Assembly (NCBI GenBank): GCA_032718475.1
Contig: JAUCBJ010000807.1
Coordinates: 1-64,000, forward strand
From: Nemertoderma westbladi
Lineage: Eukaryota > Animalia > Xenacoelomorpha
Length of the DNA stretch: 64,000 bases
Direction: 5' to 3'
The notes under the pieces were generated by a model, which was not told the DNA's origin, did not search any database, and saw only the letters and a program-made list of their open reading frames with translations. Every line of letters starts with the position of its first letter. Position 1 is the stretch's first letter. Below are positions 11,731-23,648 of this stretch, piece after piece. The position numbers and the translations under genes were made by a program.

Positions 11731-13076
11731 ACCCATTGCACCCAGCGGGTCTCCGGTTCCTGCATCCAGGCCCACGGCACCCAGCGGGTCTCCGTTCCCT
11801 GCGTGTAGACCCACGGCACCCGGCGGGTCTCCGTTCCCTGCATGCAGACCCACGGCACCCGGCGGGTCTCCGGTCCCTGCATGTAGACCCACGGCACCCA
11901 GCGAGTCTCCGTTCCCTGCGTGCAGACCCACGGCACCCGGCGGGTCTCCGGTCCCTGCGTGTAGACCCACGGCACCCAGCGAGTCTCCGTTCCCTGCGTG
12001 TAGACCCACGGCACCCAGGGGGTCTCCGTTACCTGCGTGTAGACCCACGGCACCCGGCGGGTCTCCGGTCCCTGCATGTAGACCCACGGCACCCAGCGGA
12101 TCTCCGTTCCCTGCGTCTGGACCCACGGCACCCAGCGAGTCTCCGGTCCCTGCGTGTAGACCCACGGCACCCAGCGAGTCTCCGTTCCCTGCGTGTAGAC
12201 CCACGGCACCCAGGGGGTCTCCGTTCCCTGCGTGTAGACCCACGGCACCCGGCGGGTCTCCGGTCCCTGCATGTAGACCCACGGCACCCAGCGGGTCTCC
12301 GTTCCCTGCGTCCGGACCCATGGCACCCAGCGAGTCTCCGGTCCCTGCGTGTAGACCCACGGCACCCAGCGAGTCTCCGTTCCCTGCGTGTAGACCCACG
12401 GCACCCGGCGGGTCTCCGGTCCCTGCGTGTAGACCCACGGCACCCAGCGAGTCTCCGTTCCCTGCGTGTAGACCCACGGCACCCAGGGGGTCTCCGTTCC
12501 CTGCGTGTAGACCCACGGCACCCGGCGGGTCTCCGGTCCCTGCATGTAGACCCACGGCACCCAGCGGATCTCCGTTCCCTGCGTCTGGACCCACGGCACC
12601 CAGCGAGTCTCCGGTCCCTGCGTGTAGACCCACGGCACCCAGCGAGTCTCCGTTCCCTGCGTGTAGACCCACGGCACCCAGGGGGTCTCCGTTCCCTGCG
12701 TGTAGACCCACGGCACCCGGCGGGTCTCCGGTCCCTGCATGTAGACCCACGGCACCCAGCGGGTCTCCGTTCCCTGCGTCCGGACCCATGGCACCCAGCG
12801 AGTCTCCGGTCCCTGCGTGTAGACCCACGGCACCCAGCGAGTCTCCGTTCCCTGCGTGTAGACCCACGGCACCCGGCGGGTCTCCGGTCCCTGCGTGTAG
12901 ACCCACGGCACCCAGCGAGTCTCCGTTCCCTGCGTGTAGACCCACGGCACCCAGGGGGTCTCCGTTCCCTGCGTGTAGACCCACGGCACCCGGCGGGTCT
13001 CCGGTCCCTGCATGTAGACCCACGGCACCCAGCGGGTCTCCGTTCCCTGCGTCCGGACCCATGGCACCCAGCGGGT
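11731..13076 (+). repeat. 39-bp tandem array (~34 copies) with higher-order 7+5-unit blocks between LINE ORF1 and ORF2; encodes (PTAPSGSPFPACR)n in the ORF1/ORF2 frame
   Basis: Unit CCCACGGCACCCAGCGGGTCTCCGTTCCCTGCGTGTAGA; the variant CCATGG unit recurs at 12320, 12788 and 13061 (468 and 273 bp apart). Confidence 0.95.
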
Positions 13077-13087
13077 CAAACTCAAAC

Positions 13088-16000
13088 ATGAACACCCATA
13101 GATCGGACTTACTTATATATAACACACAAGGTATTATTCGGCTAGATAAACGAAAGAACCTCGCAAATACTCTACTCACGTTAGATTATAATTTCGTGTG
13201 TTTATGTGAAACATGGTTAACACCAGATTTTAATGATAGGGAACTTTTTCTCAGTAAATATAATTTAGTTCGTGCAGAACGACCAGGTAAACCCGATGGT
13301 GTATCCTCACATGGTGGTGCTTTAATCGCTATCAAATCCGGTATACCATATACCACACTAAACATCAAGGATGAGCTATCCGATAATTTTAATCTCTTAA
13401 CCAATGCCGTTTGTGCTTGTACTTGTATTTTAAACAATAGGAAAATAGGGCTTGTATGTATATACAATCCCCCAAGTGAAAGTATATATCGTATTCCAAT
13501 ATCTAATTTTATTATTCTTTTTAACATAATCAAAAACTGGGAAATAAATCTAAATGATTTAATTATTTGCGGTGACTTGAATCTGCCTAATGTGCATTGG
13601 GACTCATTCTTTTCTAGGGATCCATATGAAAGTGCATTTTTAAATATTTTTGATGAATTTAATTTTAAACAATACGTTACATTCCCCACGAGAGGTTCAA
13701 ATACGCTAGACATATTGCTTTTGAACTCTAATAACCTAATTGTGGATGTAAATTCATTTTTCGAAGGCTATAATCATTTGAAAACTAATTGTAAATCCGA
13801 CCACCATCCAGTACAAGTCATACTAAATGCAGCACCAAAACGTGTTCCCACCATTAACTCAACTAATCGTCATACAGTAGTTTCTGTAAACTTGATGTGG
13901 GTGTTGCCACAACCATCTGCACAAAGAACCCCTTCAGCGTAACGGTTGGACCCCATACAATAGAAGACCTAGATAATTTACTCACAAGATGGTACGAATG
14001 GATTGGAAAAATAATTGAAGCTAGCGTACCAAGACGAACTCTCCATCGCTCAGTCTTACCACCATGGGTTACCCAACACACCTCACACAAATTACACAAA
14101 CTGGAAACATTGAAACGCAGAGTTAACAAATACCCCGAACACAAAAAGCCACCACCATCTCTATTGAATAAACTACGAAATATGGAACACGAAATAAATA
14201 CAGATCTAGAAACTGACCAGGCTCAACATGAATGCAAACTAGCCAGTAGTCGCTCTATGCAACAACTCTATAAATACTTCAAATCTTTACGAAACACCAG
14301 TGCAATACCACCTCTTGTAACTTATAATGGGTATACCGCATGTACACCGGCAGAACAAGCTGACCTTTTTTCCGAATTCTTCCACTCAGTTTACAAAAAG
14401 CCAGTAATAAAAACAGCAGCAATTACTCCTCCAACATTATCCCCCACTGAGGATCCCTACCACGATAATTTTATTGACGACTACGATGTGTCTGTATCCA
14501 CTGTACAACTACTCCTAACATCACTAAATGTTACCAAAGCCAGAGGCCCCGATAACTTACCATCACGTTTCCTCCAACAACTAAGCGTACAACTAGCACC
14601 ATCTTTATCTGCATTATTTTTGGTGTTTAAAGACAACTGTTACTTTCCACGAGAATGGAAACATGCATCAATATCACCACGACATAAGAAGGGCAATAGA
14701 ACTCCAGTACCGCTTTACCGTTCAATATCTCTACTTTCCATCCCCTCGAAAATTCTAGAACGATGTATCTACATGCCAATTTACAGCCATCTTCGTCCAC
14801 TTTATCATCACGCTCAGTATGGTTTTAGAAAAGGCCGCTCACCTGTTCTTCAACTGCTTGTGGTTTTAGATAAAATATATCACGCTATAGAAAATAATGA
14901 TTCAACAATAGAAATAATTTATCTAGACTTTCAAAAGGCTTTTGACTCAATATCTCATAGTTCGGTGCTACTAAAGTTATGGAAATTAGGAATTCGGGGT
15001 AAACTATGGGAAATGATACGTAGCTATCTATCAGATAGAACTCAATCAGTGAAAGTTGTGGATGCAGTGTCAAAAACTAAAGATGTTGACAGCGGGACTC
15101 CGCAAGGAAGTATTCTAGCAACATTGTTATTCTTAGTAGAATCGAATGACCTACCGAACATTTGCACACAAACAGACCCTTATCTACTCGCTGACGATTG
15201 CAAACTTGTTTCCATATATCCGACAACCAATCCCCCACAAATACAAGACGATTTAAATAAATTATCAGTCTGGGGTCAAAGTAACGGTCTTGAATTTAAT
15301 ATCAGCAAATGTAAACAACTTATTTTTCAAGGGCAGTCCAACGTAAAATTTATTAATAGCCATCCGATAGAACGAACCACCTCAGAAAAAGATCTGGGAG
15401 TCACCTTCTCATCGAATATTACCTGGACCGCACACGTAACTGAAAAATGCAGTAAAGGAAACATGGCCTTCCAACTAATAAAACGTAACTGTGCATCAAA
15501 TCTTACCGCTCTATCGAAATTAAATATGTACAAATCTATGATTCTACCGATAATAACCTATGCATCACCATGTTGGTCTCCAAATAAACACGACCTATCA
15601 CGTATAGAGAGTCTACAACGACGTGCCACTATCTGGATACTACGAGATAATGAATCGACTTACACAGATCGGCTCAAATCACTCAACATACTCCCCCTTT
15701 CTCTCTACCTACAACTCCTAGATTTGATGACGCTGTCGAAGATTATCGCTGGAAAATGCGATATCAACTGGGAAGAACACCTCAAACTAAGCAGACCATC
15801 AAACCAAAATACTCGTTCAAATGATCGGATTTTATTTAATGTTGTGCGGCCGAAGAAATGCAAGTCAGAACAAAACTTTTGGTTCCGAGTACCTTACATT
15901 GCAAATGTATTACCTAATCGAATCAATTTCACAAACCATGTAGGGCTTAAATCTCGTCTGATCGATTTATTTTGGAGGTACTTCATTAAACACTACTCAA

Positions 16001-16092
16001 TTGATATTCCCTGTAGCTGGTCGGTGTGCTGCAGCTGCGTCTTGATGAACTGTAGAAATAATAACTCTCGTCTCGATGATTTATACCCGTAG
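13088..16092 (+). pseudogene. LINE ORF2: apurinic endonuclease + reverse transcriptase, one frameshift near 13870-13940
   Basis: APE motifs IYNTQG, LCETWL, GDLNLP, TLDILL, SDHHPV; RT motifs QYGFRKGRS, YLDFQKAFDSI, GTPQGSILATLLF, LADDCKL, EKDLGV. Confidence 0.9.
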
Positions 16093-17691
16093 ATAACGAC
16101 TTATATTCTATAATGCTTTATTTAATTAATACAAATTTTATTACATTTCACATCCACTCTGACCCTTTTAATACGTATTTACTGCATCTCATTTTAAATT
16201 TATACGCATATATTTAATTTCATTTTTACGACATCAGAGACCGACCCTTTTATTAATACGTATATATATATTTCATCTTATTTTAATACAAATATTTATA
16301 TCTAATTTCATATAACATCCAGTCTTCTGACCCTTTTAACTTCTTCGTTTAATCTCATAATTAGCACGGCCTTTTTAGACCAATTACATACAGTAATAAT
16401 TTTAACTCGATGTATTTTAATGTACCTTAAATAATTATTAACTCATATTTTAAACTAAGTAATGTATGTAATGTATCTTTTATGGGGGAAACCCCATCAC
16501 CATATAATACTATAGTTAAATTGTCTATGCAGTCTTTGTTCAGTTCTAAGTTATGGTGTAAATTTATATTAATAATAATAATAATAATATCCGATAGTCA
16601 ACAGAAGAACTCTGTCAAACTAAAAGTCATTCAGCTGGCGTGACAGTGAGTAACCTTGTAGATATTCCCATACAGTGGGATTTATGGGAAGAGCTATAAG
16701 CTGGGGTAATACTGTACATAGGCTACATAATCGACCTAGTAAACACAACCTTACTAAACTTGGCAAGTAATATACTTCTCCGCAGTTTGGGCCTATTCAA
16801 TAATAGCATTCATTACTAGACCCTATTTATCATTTTTTTATGAGCACACCAGCGCAGCTGCCGATTCTATCATTGAGTCTATGAAAATTTTCGTGTTTTG
16901 GGGCAATTTTCGAAGTAGAACAACATGCACAATAAATGAGTTTTTATAACAATATTAATAAGCCTAAGGTACGAATTAGTTAATCAGTCAGAATACTTCA
17001 GTTAGATTTTAAACCCGTCTTAGGTTTTAGGTCTTTAGGTCTTAGGTTTGAAACCCGTCTATCCGGTCAGAATGTGTCCGTCATCTCATAAGTCAGTCGG
17101 TAGGCCGTCAAAGGACCGTCGGTAGTCCGACTGGTCTATCCCTTGCTTTGCCTAGTGTCACCGTAGCCCGAATCCTTTTCAGGCTCGTGCTACGCTAACC
17201 GGCTCCGCTCGACTGTCCGCTAACTTATCCACTAATTTAAAAATTATATATTTAGATTTTATAGATTTTACGTTATGCCCGTCATCCATATAGCACTACT
17301 TTATCGCGACTACTGTTGTCAAAACTCTACGTGACCGTTGTTTAGCCCCATAAGGGGAGTCTGTAGAGCTGGTGGTGCCTAAATTCCGTCAATAATATTG
17401 GTCTTCGACTTGGTCATGTTGCTGACTAGAATTGTTCAACTTCACAGCTTTAAATCAACTACAGGTACAAATATTATTACTGTAGTTGCTATTATTGACC
17501 CATCCCGCTAAAAGTCTCACGTCAAGTAGCAAAATGTTTTGCCTTCGTATGGCTTACCCCATTACTGTACCTTACAAATTTCTATAAATTACTAACAAGC
17601 TGACATGCCGTCTTCAGGGAGTGGAGTTTCATAATGAATGTTATTGTAAATTCTGGGGTCTACGCTCCCTTGTACTAATAAAAACGCTTGG

Positions 17692-17733
17692 TTTCCGATC
17701 GATTTCTGGCACTAAGGCCCTTCTTCAGGGAAA
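17692..17733 (-). ncRNA. Candidate minimal type I hammerhead ribozyme (Penelope-like element remnant), slightly degenerate
   Basis: Minus strand TTTCC-CTGAAGA-A-GGGC-CTTAGT-GCC-A-GAAA-TCGA-TC-GGAAA: stem I TTTCC/GGAAA, conserved core, palindromic loop 3, AUC site; mismatch at the base of stem II. Confidence 0.5.
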
Positions 17734-17912
17734 TAATATATTAAATGAAATATTACATAGTACTGCAATGAAAAGATAGACCTAATATTTAGAGTACTGA
17801 TTTAAATTTCAGTCCTACGCGCTACGCTACGGTACATTGCACGTGCCGTGCACAGTTTGGAAGGTATAAAAACTGATAAATGAAATAATGGTACCGGTAT
17901 AATAGGCTAACG

Positions 17913-17943
<31 letters not shown>

Positions 17944-20900
17944 CACAAACACAAACAAAATCGAAAAATAGGATAAGGCGTAATAATTATTGTAGAGTAA
18001 TATATGAAAAAATTTTTTATTGAAATAAAAACTACTATAGTGAAAAACAAATAAACTCGGCGGATGGAACTGAATATTTTATCCAGTTCATCACTATAAT
18101 TATAGTTTCAAGTTGTCTAGAATATTTATCGTACACCACCGGGACTACCCTCACACTAATTTATCAGACAGAACAAAAAGCTTTCACTTGACTCGTACTG
18201 TCTCCTACGACTTGCTTCATGGGACACATAGGCCCGTCTCTAGTAATATGTATAAATAGTTACAGTACATTCTATTATAATATGTGTCATAACATGCAGT
18301 AGTAAGTGTGCTATGCTGTATATTCTGCAGAAGACATTTGCAATGCTATGAGGTTCCACAATGACACAGTGAACAAACTAGTAGAAGTACAATTTCATAT
18401 CGCTTCTACTAAAACCTCTATCCCACATTAGCTAGTGCGCACATATTTGGTTACGTCATTGACAGATGGTCGCGCATCCTAGTGTTATAACGTAATTTAC
18501 GATCGACCCTCATCCCCGCCTCCTCCCATCCCCGCCTCCTCCCATCCCCGCCTCCTCCCATCCCCGCCTCCTCTCATCCCCACCTCCTCCTATCTCCGCC
18601 TCCTCCCATCCCCGCCTCCTTCCATCCCCTCATCCTCCCATCCCCGCTCTCTTCCCATCCCTTCTCATCCGCACCGCGTCATAGAGAGTAGCCACAATCA
18701 TTAGTTCAGCTATTAGTCCTACTCAGTTCTCCCTTTGCTTACTTTATGGAACGAAGAGTAAAAAGTGAATTTATTTTATTTTATGCTATTCTGTGTCATT
18801 ATGTTTTATAGGATTATATACTGTACAGTGATATGCAATACATGCCACACCATGTCGTTCCATGACATGATATGTTGATGCTGTGTATGCCAACATTAGT
18901 GCGGCACTATGTTTGAAGTTTAGTACATAAAGTTATATACAGTATATACAGTAGGCCTATATTAGTGCGGCGCTTTGCTTTGACTTATCATCCATGCCTC
19001 ATCTATGAAACAAACAGAAGCATTGATGTTGCGCGCTCACGCCAGCCACCAGCAGATTATCTGTCTAGTATAATTGAGTAAGCGATTGATTGTACTTGGA
19101 CGAAAGTATATAATTGGGAGGAATTATTGTAGCTTTTTTCACAGTATCTAGTCAATTTACTTTCTAAACTTTTGTTAGAAAGTTACCTTCTAAAATCTGC
19201 CTGCTTGGCCTGGCATGACCAACAGGGGTCTTGTCTGGTACTGCTCTTGTGCTGGCCTGGCTCATCTCTGGTTCTGGCATGGCTCCGACAGCCACAGAGC
19301 TCATTACTCATATTCACTGGACTTTTCGGTGCACTACTGCTCTCTTGCTGGATCTAATCATGATTGATCATATTTGTGACTGTTTTTGACCTGGACTCCA
19401 TCCACTGTTGCACTGCTGTTGTTTTGTCCAGAATCGCGCAATACTCGGGTTCATACGATTTCATATCGGGCACTAACTGGTTTTGGTCTAGCCATGACCT
19501 TCTATAATAGTAGTTTATAATAGTAGTTATAGTAAGTAGGTCATGGTCTAGCCCTGGAAATTCTCTAGCTTTGACCAGGATCCACCCTTGCATTGGCTAT
19601 ATGGATCACTATAGCGGAGTGTGATATGGATCACACTCCGTTCTGGTACTGTTCTGGTTCGAGTAGTCGTCCTGTGCCCTGATATTGCTCTGGTTATGGA
19701 CGGCTTCTATAATGAAATTGCTCTGGTTCTAGGCGGCCTCTGCCTGGGCTCTCTATACTATACTACCTGCTGCTATACTACTGTAGCACTTCGACATGGC
19801 TGTAACGCGGTACATATGGGGTTCTGACATGGCCCTATACTGTAGTAGTATTGAGTATTGAGTGTAGTACACTCAATACAAACTCTCATCCAATTTTATG
19901 CCCACCTCACACGGAGAAACTTTTTCTGCAACTTGTTTCAGAAACTTGTTGCTGGACCCCCTCACACACAGAAACATGTTGCTGCAACTTGTTTCCGAAA
20001 CTTGTTTCTGTGTGTGAGGAGTCCAGCAACAAGTTGCTGCAACTTGTTTCCAAAACTTGTTTCTGTGTGTGAGGAGTCCAGCAACAAGTTGCTGCAACTT
20101 GTTTCTGAAACTTGTTTCTGTGTGTGAGGGGGTCCAGCAACAAGATGCTGGAAGTTATATTCCCAGCAATTTTTTTTAAAAACTTTTATTACATCCAAAT
20201 TTTTATATTAGAGCTAATATTCGATAATTTGAGTGATATGATATTATATATAAATGCCTGGACATGTTAGCTATTTATTTAGAAATAATTGTTATTTTCT
20301 TGAGCAACAAGTTTCTGTGTGTGTGGGGGTCCAGCAACAAGTTTCAAAACAAGTTGCTCCGTGTGAGGGGGGCCTAATTTGGGGTGTCGCAATTCACCTG
20401 AAACTCTGTGTACCGTACGTTTTTAGTGAGTTTACTTTTCATCTAGGCCTAGTATAACCCCCCCCCCCCCCCCCCCCCCCCCAGGAAGGGGAGGGGGATT
20501 TTTATAGCAAGCGCTTCCGAATCGGGGCTATTCTTCACATTAGTCGTAAATTTTCATATCATTAGAAAGCTTGCATTGCAAGAATTCCTAATATCTAACA
20601 ATGTTTGAATTTCGTTTAGAAACAGCTGAGATAAAGGCGTTCAAAGATTGTAAGTATTGTTCGCTGAAGGCCATTTATTCTATTTAATAAATACACAATG
20701 TTCTGGAACATTTTTTTTATCTATGTGTAGCTACGCAATAATAGAATAGACTGAATAGGCATAACGTTGTTTTATTATTATACAGTAGAATAAATGGCCT
20801 GCAGCGAACGATAATTCTTGTAATCTTTGAACGCATATTCCTCAGCTGTTTCTCAACGAAATTCAGATATTGTTACATATTTGGAATCCTTGCAACGCAA

Positions 20901-21142
20901 GCTTTCTATTGATGTGAAAAAATTACAACTAATGTGAACAATAGCAATGGTTCGGAGGGTGCGATTTTGTAAAAGACACTTTTGTAAATGCGTATTCAAA
21001 AAATTTTACTTCAAAATCGAAAATCCCGGCTTCATGGTGTCAACGTCGGTGAGTTGAACTAGTTGCGTTTCAAATTTCAAGCAATATGATAAAGATTTGT
21101 AAAAAAATTCATCTCAGAAAATTACACTAAATTACGGGTAGT

Positions 21143-21274
21143 CTTAAAGATGCGGATGATCTAGCAAATGTCATGGGTGATAGGGAGTTGTGGCGGTGCA
21201 ATTTTGTTGACAAGCCGGCACAGCATTCTTAAAAATGCAGCTGCAATGCAGCATGCCGATCCTAGTAGTAGTAG
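21143..21274 (+). mobile_element. 132-bp 3' fragment of the same RTE family with (TAG)n tail
   Basis: Nearly identical to 8656-8787; abuts the right end of the foldback exactly. Confidence 0.9.
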
Positions 21275-21692
21275 CCCACGCGCGTCCCTCGTGTAATAGT
21301 TTGATCCCCACTGCCCGGGGGCAATTGTCCGGGGGGGGCAATTGTCCTAGATCCGGACTACAGTACTTTATTTACTGTATACCTACTGTCATATCTACTG
21401 TACTGTGCCAAACTTTTGTAAGGAGAACTTCAACTGGTATTACTGATATTTCTACATTAGATAATGTATTTTACATTCTTTTTAAAATCCTGGAAATATA
21501 TACAAGCAAATCTTGCTTCTGATCTGGAAAGGAGTAGATGAAACCAATCGTAAATAGAAGAACGTCAGCTAAATCCGTGTAGGCACACCCACACAATAAC
21601 GACAACTTCCTCCATATCTGTCATTTGTTCCGGACAATTGCCCCCTGGACAACTGCCCCCCGGACAATTGCCCTCCGGACAATTGCCTCCCT
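21275..21692. repeat. MITE-like ends made of GGGCAATTGTCC / GGACAATTGCCC repeats, with one inverted unit of the 27010-27420 minisatellite
   Basis: 21275-21316 is the reverse complement of the 39-bp unit at 27010-27420; GGCAATTGTCC x2 at 21316-21350 and GGACAATTGCCCC x4 at 21629-21692. Confidence 0.6.
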
Positions 21693-22889
21693 AAGAGAAT
21701 ATTGTCAGAAAAAGAAAGTAATAAAATAAAATATACTCTCGTAAGCAACAACTACTGCGCAGTAATAAAAATAAGTTAATGTAAGTATGTTCATTTAATA
21801 CAGTATATAAAATAAATATATTATAAATAATTATTAAATAATAATATTATTAAATATATTATATTTTATTTTATTTGTTTCTGTTTATATCATTGTTCCG
21901 CCGGCTGCTGTGCGCAGTCATATTTACATTTGTTCCATAATTAGGCCTACTGATTACTTGTTACATCATTATATAGAGGGGGTGGGGGGGGGGGGGGGGG
22001 GGTCGAATGTGTATCCACTGTATTTTTTAGAATTCGCGGTCATTATAAGTCGATCCATTACCCATTGTTTGTTAATTCTATTGCTTTCAGTCCCTTCTAA
22101 CTCAAAGTATTGAGTTGTATAAGTATTTTTATAAATAACAACTTACTGAATATTACTAAGCAGTTTTTAAGAGTTGTGATTTTAGAATTGATCGTTGATC
22201 GTCAGACTTGTTAGACTTGTTTCGGGTCGTTTCAGGTACCGATGTGAGTTAGCTGCCTGTCTCCTTTGTTATGTTTGTTTGTTGTTTGTTATTTGACGAG
22301 TGTCGGGTATGTAAATAGGTTTTGTAATAGTCGATATCTGTGATTGCCTTACTGTACATTAAAGATACTGCCGAGACATAATGGCGCCAGTAGTCGCGTC
22401 AGCAGTCTGTCTATTACCGACTGTACTTACAGCTATTAATAATTACTGTACTATCCATAGTCCTATACTGTACTGTACTGTACATAGTCTTATACAGTAG
22501 ACATCAGATTGTAATCTATGTTGATAATTAAAATACAATGATACGTACACTAAGGTACCGCAGCTCTCAAATAGTCCAATTATATGATATGATAATTGCT
22601 TTCTTTACTGCAGCCAGGGGCGGCTTGTGATTGTAGACAGATGGTTTACTGTTTATTGCAGTATACAGTATGTTGGTATTTGTTAACATAATTTGTATTG
22701 AATTGGTGGAATGTAGGTATTTATCCTTTTGACACCACAACCCCCCCCCCCCCCCCCCACCCCCCAGCCATAATGTACATGAATGGTTTAAAGTCTACGC
22801 TTAAACTCAGTTAATATGAGAATATATAAAATAACACATAAGAATATATAAGAATAAATAATATAACACAGGTTGTAAATTAGGTTCCC

Positions 22890-23550
22890 TACTGTTGAAT
22901 CATTTATTATAGTATGCTGATGAATTTGGTTATATTTTCTCCGAGCATTTTTGGTTTACGTCGGTTCTTGGGTCTGTGAACAGTGCGGAATTGAATTTGA
23001 CATAATTTTTAACCCTGTGTAATCACACTGTGTATATTTTTTTCCCAATAAATTTGGTAGGGCCGCTGATGTGTATTTAGGAGGTTTGCCTCTACTGTGT
23101 GTTATTAAGCAGGTACAATATTTAGGACACATTATCAGCTGTGATCTCTCTGACGAGGCTGACATGCAGCGTCAGAAATGTAATTTGTACTGTAGAGGAA
23201 ATCAGTTGGTAAGACGTTTTTCGAAGTGTTCAATATCAATTAAAATTTTGTTGTTTAAGACTTTCTGTTACAATATATATGGCTGTTCTCTGCGGTCGAT
23301 ATTTAGAATGGAAAAGCGTATAATACTACTTTTCGACAGATTTTCGGTTATGGTCGCACAGAGGATGCAGACACTTTATTTGTCGCGAATAGGATTAATA
23401 ATTTCAAAGCTGTAATTCGTACTAATATGTTTTCGCTTTTATCGAGAGTTAGTAAATCAGCTAACAAATTTATTACTGTTTGTGTTTCTACCTGTAGAGA
23501 ATCCTCTGTATTGTTTCAGCGCTGGTATACTGCTCTTGGTGTATAATTAT
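22890..23550 (+). pseudogene. Decayed 3' fragment of a non-LTR retrotransposon RT
   Basis: Degenerate YADE near 22913; VQYLGHIISCDLSDEADMQRQ...LYCRGNQLVRRFSKCSISIKILLFKTFC..IYGC. Confidence 0.7.
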
Positions 23551-23648
23551 GTTAAATAATCTCGGTTTCGGTGTATATTAATTAATAAATAAATTGGAGT
23601 TTGAGCTGTTAATGCAACTGTAATTAAAGATGTAATATTATGGTTTTG

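Larger units (their letters stand above)
10195..16588 (+). mobile_element. Near full-length CR1/L2-group LINE (ORF1 + APE-RT ORF2, 3' UTR stem-loop, (AAT)n tail)
   Basis: Two-ORF layout; 3' hairpin ATGGGGG-AAA-CCCCAT at about 16482-16497; (AAT)n tail 16571-16588. The 5' end is approximate and no TSD was found. Confidence 0.85.
5255..21142. mobile_element. Giant foldback (long inverted-repeat) element, non-autonomous; arms 5255-9833 (including the RTE insertion) and 18096-21142
   Basis: ACTACCCGTAATTTAGTGTAATTTTCTGAGATGAAT at 5255 is the reverse complement of the sequence ending at 21142. The match continues for ~3 kb with scattered SNPs and indels to ...CTAGACAACTT(C/G)AAACTATAATTAT. No transposase ORF in the spacer. 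Confidence 0.85.

Noticed and set aside
11667-13179. Long minus-strand and alternative-frame ORFs (collagen-like GAVGLHAG, WVPWVYTQG, RHPAGLRS)
   Set aside because: By-products of a stop-poor 39-bp array; only the frame joining ORF1 and the APE domain has context support.
17018-17050. TTAGG-like telomeric repeats
   Set aside because: Only four irregularly spaced copies.
5255-21142. Assembly artefact or CACTA/Polinton identity for the large inverted repeat
   Set aside because: The arms have diverged independently, the termini are not CACTA or (AG)n type, and no transposase, polB or integrase lies inside.
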